26,961 nucleotides of DNA from a virus (lineage: Duplodnaviria > Caudoviricetes). A program made the position numbers and the translations under genes. Each line of letters begins with the position of its first letter. Within the stretch, counting starts at the first letter, position 1. Positions 13,424 through 22,600 of the stretch are shown piece after piece. Location of the stretch: positions 1-26,961 of the IMG/VR virus record IMGVR_UViG_3300038379_000623; one strand, given 5' to 3'. The notes beneath the pieces are model-generated. The model ran no database searches. It saw nothing but the letters and a program-made list of their open reading frames with translations, and was not told the DNA's origin.

Positions 13424-14339
13424 GAAAGCTGTAATACCCGCATCTGTACCTGCAACGGCGCGCACGGCTGTGCCTGAAGGAGCTGCCTTCACGGTTACTG
13501 CTGCTACTGCTGCTGTGCCGACGAGACTGCCCGGACCCAAGGTGCTGCTTATGGGCGAGAGTGGCACCGGAAAAACCCACGCCCTGCGCACCCTGCTGGA
13601 TGCCGGAGTGACACCCTTCATCCTTTTCACGGAGCCGGGGATGGAAGTTTTGGGCGATCTGCTGCCTCCCGAAGGACAGCCCTGTCGGTTCCACTGGACG
13701 TACATTCCTCCCTCGTCGGCCCCCTGGGAGGCACTGGAGGCTTCGGCAAGGCAAATCAACAACCTGACTATGGAGCAGTTGTCGCGCTTGTCCGATATCA
13801 GCAAGCGGGAGTACAAGGAATTCCTGGGCGTCGTGGCGGCCTCGCGCAACTTCATCTGTGATCGCTGCGGGCAGAATTTCGGCGATGTCTGCACGTGGGG
13901 AAAGAATCGGGCGTTCGTGATCGACTCCGGCTCGGGTCTGGCGATCATGGCGATGAACCTTGCGGTGGGAAGCAAGCCGGTGAAGTCGCAGGCTGACTGG
14001 GGAATCGCCGTCGATAATCTGGAGCGGTTCTACGTCAAGCTGCTGACGGATGCGCGCTGCATCGTCGTTCTGATATCGCACATGGAGCGTGAACAGAACG
14101 AGATCACGGGAGCCCTGAGTATTACCGCGGCGACGCTGGGGCGCAAACTGGGACCGAAGCTGCCCCGTTTCTTCTCCGACGTGATCGAGGCCCGGCGTGA
14201 CGGGACGAAGTTCTCCTGGAGTACCGCGACACCCAACATGACGCTGAAGGCCCGCAACGTCCCTCTCGCCGACGGGCTTCCGGCTTCGTTCAAGCCGCTG
14301 ATCGAAGCGTGGCGGACCCGCATGGGCATCGAGGGCTGA
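13416..14339 (+). CDS. Sak4-like (AAA_24) P-loop ATPase, putative recombination protein
   Basis: KVLLMGESGTGKT; FVIDSGS; LISH; CxxC insert (CDRC); located between the exonuclease and the SSB-like gene. Confidence 0.82.
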   Translation: MTEKAVIPASVPATARTAVPEGAAFTVTAATAAVPTRLPGPKVLLMGESGTGKTHALRTLLDAGVTPFILFTEPGMEVLGDLLPPEGQPCRFHWTYIPPSSAPWEALEASARQINNLTMEQLSRLSDISKREYKEFLGVVAASRNFICDRCGQNFGDVCTWGKNRAFVIDSGSGLAIMAMNLAVGSKPVKSQADWGIAVDNLERFYVKLLTDARCIVVLISHMEREQNEITGALSITAATLGRKLGPKLPRFFSDVIEARRDGTKFSWSTATPNMTLKARNVPLADGLPASFKPLIEAWRTRMGIEG

Positions 14340-14403
14340 AAGAGTTGTACCCCAGCCGGCGGGCAGGCCGGCATGTTCAAACCTGAAACCGGAGAGTAAG
14401 ACG

Positions 14404-14865
14404 ATGAGTGACTTTGATACTGAGGAATTCCTGTCCACTTCCGTGGCGACGGCGTTCGATACGCGCCGCAAACCGCTGCCGGAGGGGGAGTACACAGGAG
14501 TCATTGACAGCGTGGAAGTGCGCAAGGTGATCTACCGCAAGGGAGAAAATGCCGGCAGCGAGGGCAAGGGCCTGGACGTGTTCGTGACAATCGACAACGT
14601 GCAGGACAAGATCGGGCAACCCTCGGTGAAGCTGCGCTACAGCTTCCTGCTGGACCTGACCCCCTCGGGCGGACTGGACACCTCCAAGCACCGCAACCTG
14701 CGCCTGGGACGCCTGCGGGAGGCAGTGGAGCAGAACACTGACAAGCCGTGGAATCTCGGGATGCTCGTGGGGCAGCCCTTGCAGGTGCGGGTGAAGCACC
14801 GCCCCGACACCAACGATCCCGAGGTGATCTACGACGAGATCGCGTCTGTGGCGAAGATGGCGTAA
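14404..14865 (+). CDS. Putative ssDNA-binding protein (DUF669-like)
   Basis: PLPEGEYTGVI...LGRLREAV...LVGQPLQVRVKHR...YDEI; typical position after a Sak4-like gene. Confidence 0.75.
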   Translation: MSDFDTEEFLSTSVATAFDTRRKPLPEGEYTGVIDSVEVRKVIYRKGENAGSEGKGLDVFVTIDNVQDKIGQPSVKLRYSFLLDLTPSGGLDTSKHRNLRLGRLREAVEQNTDKPWNLGMLVGQPLQVRVKHRPDTNDPEVIYDEIASVAKMA

Positions 14866-14900
14866 GTCAGGAGCCGGGCGACTCACTCCTTCTGGGCCGC

Positions 14901-14945
14901 GCCCTCCCGGCCCATGCCGTTCCCGGCAGGAGGGCACCTTTCCCT
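14901..14945 (+). terminator. Imperfect hairpin after the SSB-like gene
   Basis: GCCCTCC-CGG...CCG-GCA-GGAGGGC followed by ACCTTTCCCTT. Confidence 0.35.
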
Positions 14946-14969
14946 TCACTACCAAGGAGATAGTTAACT

Positions 14970-15392
14970 ATGCCCCGGATCGAAAAAACCCGATTTCGCA
15001 CTGCGCCTCCCCTTGAGTTCTCTGTGGCTCCTCTCCCGGTGCGCGTGCGCATCTGGCGGCGCCTGCGCAGCCTGAATCTGGATGTGATGTTGTACTACGG
15101 GCTTGCCTGTGTCGTCCTGCTTTTGGGGATATTGCTGCTGGCGGGCTGTGCCAGCACACCCTTTGCGGAAATCGGAATTGGAGGAGTCCGACAACCGCTG
15201 ACGCACGCGACGGCTTCTCCGGTGGTGATGCAGGTTGAGCTGGGAACGCAATGGCGCTCGGGATTCGGCTTCAAGTACAACCATACCAGTTCCGTCGATG
15301 GGCCTCCCGTGAACAGTCGCAGGGACGACCGCTGGACCGAGTACGGCGGGATGTACTGGCGCATGTCATTCGACAAGGCTCATCCCAAATGA
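14970..15392 (+). CDS. Putative lipoprotein / outer-membrane beta protein
   Basis: RBS AAGGAG; hydrophobic segment ending in lipobox LAGC; alternating beta-strand-like segments, YNHTSS and terminal YWRMSF. An alternative start is at 15087. Confidence 0.65.
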   Translation: MPRIEKTRFRTAPPLEFSVAPLPVRVRIWRRLRSLNLDVMLYYGLACVVLLLGILLLAGCASTPFAEIGIGGVRQPLTHATASPVVMQVELGTQWRSGFGFKYNHTSSVDGPPVNSRRDDRWTEYGGMYWRMSFDKAHPK

Positions 15393-15441
15393 TACGCCTT
15401 ATCGCGGACCGAGTACGGCGGGATGTACTGGCGCATGTCAT
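15334..15441 (+). repeat. Exact 36-bp direct repeat separated by 36 bp
   Basis: GGACCGAGTACGGCGGGATGTACTGGCGCATGTCAT at 15334-15369 and 15406-15441. Confidence 0.95.
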
Positions 15442-15456
15442 GGTAGGAGGAAGCGT

Positions 15457-15645
15457 ATGCTTGCCAAGCCTGTGAATCCGAAGATCGTCTGGCCTGCGCG
15501 CGTCTGGATATGCGACCGCAACGGCAAGTGGTACTCGCGGCCGGCGACCCTGCACGACTGGAAACGGCGGGGGCGCGTGGAGAGGAGTCTGCTCTCGGGT
15601 GCGCCTCCGGGGAAAGAGACGCATGGAGGGGATTTTCCCTGCTGA
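15457..15645 (+). CDS. Hypothetical protein
   Basis: RBS AGGAGG; 62 aa. Confidence 0.6.
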   Translation: MLAKPVNPKIVWPARVWICDRNGKWYSRPATLHDWKRRGRVERSLLSGAPPGKETHGGDFPC

Positions 15646-15787
15646 ACTACAGGGCACGGCCTGACTACTGCCCGGGCCTGGGGCCTCTCCCGTGTGAAAA
15701 GGCTCCGCTGTTGCTACACAGGCCCGTCTGCGTCGAAGTCGTGCTGTTACAGATTTGTTTTTTCTTTTCAGATTGGAGTCAGACGCC

Positions 15788-16027
15788 ATGGCAGACGTGA
15801 TCGATCTGAAGGTTGTCTCTGAAGATAACCATCACTGGGGAATAGAGGAAATGTTGCAGGATGCCCTGCGGGACTTCTCCGGCATAAGGCAGGGCCGGGC
15901 GCTCCTGATCGTTGAGGGTCCGGAGAAACACCATTATCAGGTGAAGCGGGTGCGCCTGGATTTGGCGCAGACACTCCTGTTGCTGCGCGTTGTCGAGCGT
16001 GGATTTCTCCGGGAGAGTGGACTGTGA
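15788..16027 (+). CDS. Hypothetical protein
   Basis: GGAG before ATG 15788; MADVIDLKVV...; GTGA overlap with the polymerase. Confidence 0.75.
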   Translation: MADVIDLKVVSEDNHHWGIEEMLQDALRDFSGIRQGRALLIVEGPEKHHYQVKRVRLDLAQTLLLLRVVERGFLRESGL

Positions 16028-18381
16028 CGGGGAGAAAAGTCCGCTCCAGCGGGCCGGTGGACGCCGACACCATGATCGTGGGGGAGGCTCCCGGCGCGGA
16101 GGAGGAACGCCGGGGTGAGCCCTTTGTCGGACTCTCGGGGCAGGAGTTGTCCCGGATGCTCCAGGAGGCAGGGATTCATCGGGCCTTCTGCCGCATCGTG
16201 AATGTCTGCCCGTATCGCCCGCCGGGAAATGACATTGACGGGTTCTTTCTGAACAAGACGGCGGCGCGGAAAGCCGGCGTCCCTTGCGTACAGGGACGAT
16301 ATCCTGCGGCACCTGTTGTGGAAGGCTTGCAGGAATTGCGGCGTGAGATTCTGACGACGCGCCCAAAGCGGATTCTCCTGTTGGGAGGGACTGCCCTGTG
16401 GGCTGTCCTGGGGTTGGAAGGTATTGCGCATTGGCGTGGCTCCGAGCTGACGGGGACGCTGGATGGCGTCTCCTTCCGGGTCGTTCCTACGTGGCACCCG
16501 GCGGCGGTGCTGCGCTCGTGGGAGTTGCGCTACATTGCCGTGCGGGATATGCGCCGCCTTGTCTCCCCGGGGACGCCCCCGGTAGACGACTTCCGGATAG
16601 CGCCTGCGAAACAGGAAGTGCTCGATACGCTCAGTCGCTTGCAGGGATATGCAGGGGACATCGCAGTTGATCTGGAGACGCACCCCGCAAGCAAGCACAT
16701 CACCTGCTGTGGGCTGGCATGGGAGGAGAGTGGTGAAACCCGTGCGTTGTGCATCCCGTTCACGACAGGAGCAACGATGCAGCCGTACTGGAGGAGTGCG
16801 GCGGAGGAAGCCGGGATTCTTTTGGCGCTCCGGCGCTGCCTGCAATCGGAGGTGCCGCGCTTTGCAGGGCATAATTACCTGTTCGATATGCAGATGATGG
16901 CGCGCTGGTGGGGATTCCTTCCCCGTCTGCACATGGACACAATGCTCACGCATCATGTCGTGCTGCCTGGATTGCTGAAATCGCTGGACTTCTGCGCTTC
17001 CTTGTATCTGCCCTACTACCGGCAATGGTCGCTGACTGAAGCGGACTGGAAGCTCGGTGTCCCGGACGAGACGTTGTGGACATACAACTGCCGTGACGTG
17101 CAGGTGACGCTGGCTCTGGTGGCGAAGCTGCGCGAAGCCGTGCACAAGGAGAAACTGGAGGAGCAGGTCAGGCAGCAACATGCTCTCCTTCCGATGGTGC
17201 TGGAAATGTCGCTGCGAGGCATGCGACTGGACGTGCAACGCCTTCCCGAGGTACGGCAGCAACTCCAGGAGGCGATGAGGAAAACGCAGGAGTTTCTGGA
17301 TACCAGCGTGGGGCATCCACTCAATCCACGATCTGCGGTGCAACTGAAGCGGCTGTTCTACGCAGACTTGCAGGTGAAGCCCCGGCTCAAACGGGGAAGC
17401 TCCTCTGTGACATGCGACAAGACTGCGCTGCGGGAGATCGGACAAAGCCATCCCCTGCTGCGACCTTTGACGAATGCCATCCTGGATTACCGTTCCCTCG
17501 GCGTTCTGAAATCCACGTTCGTGGATGCCCAATACGACCCGGACGGTCGGGCACGGACGTCATTCAATATGGCGCGTGTGCACACCTTTCGCCTGTCGTC
17601 GAGCGAGAGCATCTTCGGGACCGGGATCAACATGCAGAACGTCCCCAAGCCGGACAAGGGCAAGGCTGTTGGAGTGAATCTCAGGGAGTTGTTCCTGTTC
17701 GACGGCATCGGGCTGGAGTGCGATCTGGATCGGGCCGACTTGCAGGTGGTGGTTTGGGAAGCCGACGATGCGGAGCTGAAGCACCTGCTGCGCAGTGGCG
17801 CCGATCTGCACATGGAGAATGCCAGGACTATTTTCGGGGCGGCAGCGACGGCGCGGCACCGGGAGCTGGCAAAAGCCGGCGTGCACCTGACGAACTACGG
17901 GGGGCGGCCTCCGGTGCTGGCCGCGACCCTGGGAATCACACGGGCGGAAGCGGAGAAATTCCAGGCGCGCTGGTTCGCGGCACACCCCGGAATAAAGCGC
18001 TGGCATCGCCGGGTGGAGATGGAGTTGGCGACGACGCGAGCGACACGGAACGCCTTTGGATATCGCCGTCACTGGTTCGACCGGCTCGACGCCATTCTGC
18101 CGGAGGCGCTGGCGTGGGGTCCCCAAAGCACTGTCGCTCTCGTCATCAATCAGGGTATCTTGCAGTTAAAGACCGCGCTGCCCCAGGTCCAGTTGTTGAT
18201 GCAGATACATGACAGTGTGGTGTTTCAGCTCCCCCCGGACACCGATCTGCCCGGCACGCTGCCTGCGGTGAAGGCGGCCTTGCGTGTCCCTGTCCCCTAT
18301 CCCGATCCCTTGATTATCCCGGCGTCGGCCAGGATATCGACAACGACATGGGCGGCCTGTACGCCCGTTCCCAACTGGTGA
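16024..18381 (+). CDS. polA: Family A DNA polymerase with N-terminal uracil-DNA glycosylase (family 4-like) domain and 3'-5' exonuclease
   Basis: UDG motifs IVGEAPG.EE...G.PFVG.SG, RPPGN and PTWHPAAVLR; Exo I DLET, Exo II HNYLFD, Exo III YNCRD; TFRLSSS, NMQN; motif A DLDRADLQVV, motif B RELAKAGVHLTNYG, motif C QIHDS. Confidence 0.95.
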   Translation: MTGRKVRSSGPVDADTMIVGEAPGAEEERRGEPFVGLSGQELSRMLQEAGIHRAFCRIVNVCPYRPPGNDIDGFFLNKTAARKAGVPCVQGRYPAAPVVEGLQELRREILTTRPKRILLLGGTALWAVLGLEGIAHWRGSELTGTLDGVSFRVVPTWHPAAVLRSWELRYIAVRDMRRLVSPGTPPVDDFRIAPAKQEVLDTLSRLQGYAGDIAVDLETHPASKHITCCGLAWEESGETRALCIPFTTGATMQPYWRSAAEEAGILLALRRCLQSEVPRFAGHNYLFDMQMMARWWGFLPRLHMDTMLTHHVVLPGLLKSLDFCASLYLPYYRQWSLTEADWKLGVPDETLWTYNCRDVQVTLALVAKLREAVHKEKLEEQVRQQHALLPMVLEMSLRGMRLDVQRLPEVRQQLQEAMRKTQEFLDTSVGHPLNPRSAVQLKRLFYADLQVKPRLKRGSSSVTCDKTALREIGQSHPLLRPLTNAILDYRSLGVLKSTFVDAQYDPDGRARTSFNMARVHTFRLSSSESIFGTGINMQNVPKPDKGKAVGVNLRELFLFDGIGLECDLDRADLQVVVWEADDAELKHLLRSGADLHMENARTIFGAAATARHRELAKAGVHLTNYGGRPPVLAATLGITRAEAEKFQARWFAAHPGIKRWHRRVEMELATTRATRNAFGYRRHWFDRLDAILPEALAWGPQSTVALVINQGILQLKTALPQVQLLMQIHDSVVFQLPPDTDLPGTLPAVKAALRVPVPYPDPLIIPASARISTTTWAACTPVPNW

Positions 18382-18392
18382 GGAGCATTGCC

Positions 18393-19667
18393 GTGCCGCA
18401 GACTCGCAACTTTTTTAAGGACTATCTGCACTACACTGCACATCTCGAAGCCCCGGATCGGATGCACTTCTGGTGTGCTGCCGTCGCCGTGGCAGGCGCG
18501 CTCCGGCGCCGCACCTGGATAGAGATGGGGGAGTTCCAGTGGGTGCCGAATTTTTACGTTGTTCTCGTGGCCCCGCCCGGTGTCGTGGCCAAAAGCACGA
18601 CAGCAGGAGTGGCGATGCGGCTCCTGCGGGAAATCCCCGGGATCAACTTCGGCCCCGATGCCGCGACGTGGCAATCGCTGGTGCAGGCCATCGAGGCCGC
18701 GCAGGAGCAAGTGGAGATAGACGGAGAGTATCACCCCATGGCGTGTGTAACGCTCGCCTTGAGCGAGTTCGGCACGCTGCTGGATACGGAGAACAAGCAG
18801 CTCATCGACGTGCTGACTGCCCTGTGGGACGGGAGCAAGGGAACATGGAACAAGACCACCAAGACGCAGGGTAACAACACGATTGTGAATCCGTGGATCA
18901 ACATGATCGCCTGCACGACCCCGGCGTGGATGCAGGGAAATTTCTCGCAGCAGGCTGTCGGTGGGGGGTTCGTATCGCGGTGCGTGTTCGTGTACGCGGA
19001 CAAGAAACGGCACTTGCGCGCGCTCCCTGACGAGCACTTGCCGGAGGATCACAAGGCGATCCGGAGCAAGCTCGTGAGCGATCTGCTCCGGATCGCAGAA
19101 ATGCGGGGACCGTTCACGATCCTGCCGGAGGCGCGTGCCTGGATACGGGAGTGGTATCGCAGGCACAACGAGGAGCGGCACCTACGCTCAGCCAACGAGC
19201 TGCTCTCGGGTTACGTGGAGCGAAAGCAGGTGCAGTTGCTCAAGCTGGCGATGGTGGTGTCGGCAGCGCACGGGGACTCCCGGCAGATCGCCCTGTCTGA
19301 CATCGAGTTCGCGCACGGAATGGTGACGGCGCTGGAACTCGACCTGCCACGGGTGTTCAGTCACATGAACGGAATGCGTGATCGACCGATGGGAGCGGTG
19401 CTGGAAATAGAGAAATTGCTGGAGCAGCGAAAGGAGCTGCCGTATGCGGAGGCGTTTCAGCAGTTCTACTCCCGCATGACCTCGCGGGATTTCGATGCGA
19501 TGTTGCGCAACGGCGCCCTGGCGGGAGTGCTGACGCTCGTGTCCCGCAACGGGACGACGTTCATCTGCAAGCCCCGGATTCAGGGAGGAGGCAGTCCGGA
19601 GGCAGGGGGAGGAAGTTCGCCGGAGAGCGCAGAGGGTTTCCGGCCGGACAGGAGCGACCGGGCATAA
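18393..19667 (+). CDS. DUF3987/YfjI-like P-loop NTPase (putative replicative helicase-type protein)
   Basis: GAGGAG then GTG 18393; PNFYVVLVAPPGVVAKST; SEFGTLL; LTALWDG; CTTP; GGGFVSR; follows polA. Confidence 0.8.
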   Translation: MPQTRNFFKDYLHYTAHLEAPDRMHFWCAAVAVAGALRRRTWIEMGEFQWVPNFYVVLVAPPGVVAKSTTAGVAMRLLREIPGINFGPDAATWQSLVQAIEAAQEQVEIDGEYHPMACVTLALSEFGTLLDTENKQLIDVLTALWDGSKGTWNKTTKTQGNNTIVNPWINMIACTTPAWMQGNFSQQAVGGGFVSRCVFVYADKKRHLRALPDEHLPEDHKAIRSKLVSDLLRIAEMRGPFTILPEARAWIREWYRRHNEERHLRSANELLSGYVERKQVQLLKLAMVVSAAHGDSRQIALSDIEFAHGMVTALELDLPRVFSHMNGMRDRPMGAVLEIEKLLEQRKELPYAEAFQQFYSRMTSRDFDAMLRNGALAGVLTLVSRNGTTFICKPRIQGGGSPEAGGGSSPESAEGFRPDRSDRA

Positions 19668-22600
19668 GGCACATCGCGTGCGGAGGGCACCCCGTAGCGC
19701 TCTTTCAGGATGTCGCTCGTGGCACTTTGCCTGACGGAGCGCTCCATATCCTTGTCGCCGATTCCCGGAATCATGTGAGGCTTGTTCCGGTGAAACTCGT
19801 GGATGCGCCGGGTAACGTCTGCCATGCCTTCCCGGTTCCGGAAGTCCCGGGCGTAATTGAACTGGCGCATCAGATCGCTGCGGCGTTGACTCCAGTATCC
19901 GACGTTTTCCGCGATCAGGCGCAACTCCTCCCTGCGACGATTCACTTCGGCGATGGGGAAGCCGGCTGCATGGCCGGCGAGCGCGATCACTTTACGGGCT
20001 TCTGCCGGGTCGAAGCGCCAGACAAAGGCATTCGTCGCATCCGTGACGCCGCCATGCCGGGCGATTTCGTAAGCATCGAGGATATTGGACGCCGCCGTTC
20101 CTGCGAGAGTGCGCCACTTGCGTATGGTGTTGGGATCGTTGGAGAGGGCGGTGTTCATCAGGAGCAGCGGGTAGCCCAGTACAGGGCCGAGGGCTTCCCG
20201 TTCCGCATACAGTACGGAGCTTTCCGGGCGGTCTGACGACCTCCATGAACGAAGCAGTCCGGTACCCGGGATAACCCGTCCTAGCGAAAGCGAGCCACTG
20301 ATATCCAGTCCAAGCCCGAACGCGTTCCGGGACAACCCGTGCATGAAATAATCGCTGGCGTCATTGATCCCGGTGCGCTCCAGGGTTTCCCCGATGAACT
20401 TCTTCAGTTCCGCCCGGACATTGGCAGGTTTGCCGAGCATCTGTATGGCAGCATCGCCCAGGTCAGTCAGGTTTTCCAGGAAGGGCAGCCCCAGCACTCC
20501 GCCGTAAAGGAACATCATCAGCCACGCCCTCCACCAGCCGGCATTGCCTCCCAGCATGAAGTGCAGCATGAGTTGCGTGTACATCTTGAACAGGAAGATC
20601 ACGCTGCCCTTGTTGCGGAAAATCGTCGGACGGTTCCAGCGGGCGTACTCTCCCTGGGTCGCATCGACGGCTTCGATGGCGTGCTCGACGGCCTGCTGAG
20701 GGGACATGCCATTCTTGCGCCCAAGCCGGTACGCCGCGACAAACGTGACTTCGCGGTTCAGTCCCTCGGCTGCCTGAAACATATAAGCCGCGTAGTAATT
20801 GAAAGAGTGCCATGCCTGTCCTGCCCGCGTCCCCGGAAGCATGCGCTCGATGTTTCCGGCCTCGGCAAGCCCGGCCAGTGTCGCGGCCAGCGACTCGTCG
20901 AGGGAGCCGCGCAGGCGCCCCATGTCTATTGCGGATTGCAGCTCGATATACTCCAGTTGCCGGGCCTGCCCGGCAGTTGTCTTCGTGTAAGAACGGTATT
21001 TGGTAAGGATGTCCTTGTAGGCCCGGGCGATCTCCCCGACAGCGGCCCTGTCCCCGTACAGGGCTGCCAGATGCGGATACGTGGCGAGCTGTGTCTGCGT
21101 CAGGTTCACGACAGCACTTTTCAGATTGAACCCGAGATAATGCAGGAAGCCGAGCTGGCGCAGGAAGACGCCTTCGTTTCCGGGGTGCATGACGTATTCG
21201 AGATGGCGGTCGAGCCATGCCGTCAGGCGTTCCCGGGCCTCCGTATTCAGACCTTGCATCCGGCGCTCTTTTATCGTCGCGGCGACTTCGCGGACTTTGC
21301 GGTGCAGTCGCGGGCGATACGTGGCTTTGGCCAGGGCGATGGGTGTGAAGAAGAAATAATTGGCGTACTGGCGCAAGCCATCTTCGCTCCAGCCCCCTAT
21401 ATTCTCCTTGCGCATGAAATGTTTGCGCGCGCTCTGTCCGGGAAGCATCTCCAGCTTCAGCTCTTGCAGCTTCTCGAACTGGTCCGAGGTCAGGCCGAGG
21501 CGATTTTGCACGTTTTCGAGGAACTGCGGCGGAATACCGTAGAAGACTTCCGCGCCGTCCTCCATCGTGCCGGAGGATACAATCTCCTGTGGATAGAGTT
21601 TGCGGAGTTGCTTCTCCAGGGCCTTCTGCTGCGACCGCGTGTAGGTGTGTTCGCGCCATAAAGTCTTGCCGCCGTGCTTTTCGACAACGACGGTGTAGAA
21701 CTTGCCGAAGCGGCTCTGCGGAAAGTACGGCTTCGAGGCCAGAGCTCCAAACTGTTTCTTGATGTCTGCCAGCTTGACTGCCAGCTTGGCGGGATCGGCC
21801 TGAAGCTGCGTGTGGGCCTCTGCGATGGCAAGGCGCTCCCACGCCTTCAGCATGTCCAGGAAGTCCGCCTTGATATCGAGGTAGAGTTTTTCCTGTGCCT
21901 GCGACAGCTTGAATCCCTTGCCGAACAGGCGCGTCCAGCCAGGGGAGCCTGGCAGGAGGAAAGCGCCCTGAGCGCTCTCTGCGGCGAGCAGTTTGAATAC
22001 GGCGTCTGCGTCACGCCCCAGGAGGGAGACTTCAGTCACGCGGCCGATGGCTCGCTTCTCCCACAGCTTCGACATTGCCGTGAAGTCCCGGATCAGCTCC
22101 ACGTATTCCTGCAACGGCTGCACATGCTCGTACTTCCTGGCGATTTGCAGGAGTGTATACCCGTACTTCACGAGGGCGCTGAAACGCTCGCTGTCCTGCG
22201 CCATGGATTGCTGCGTAGCTCCGATGTTCGCCATGGCCTCCGGGGCGAATTTGCGCCCGACGCGAGCGATCCGGGCAGCGAAGGTCTGCGGGGTGTCGGG
22301 TGCCTCGTACTTCGGGGTTGCCTCCAGGGAGTCGTTCAGGGCGCGCGTCAATCGATTGCTGCTCCTGACCGATTGCAGGAAGTGCCGATAAGTCGGCATC
22401 GGAGCGTACCGGGAATACCGCAGGGAGGCGATATTCCAGATTTGCTTCAGGGCGTGATGCAGTTTTTGCCAGAATGTGTCCAGAGGCGCGGAAAGGCCCT
22501 GTCTGCTGTATTGGGCACGGGCTCCCTGCTCCCCCATCCATTCCTGAAAGGAGAGCAGATAATCGGTGAGGCGCTTGTTGTCATGGCTTCGCCGCTCCAG

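Noticed and set aside
16024-18381. DpoZ / Z-genome polymerase
   Set aside because: No purZ, datZ or mazZ-like genes are visible in the window, and I cannot assign the clade by eye.
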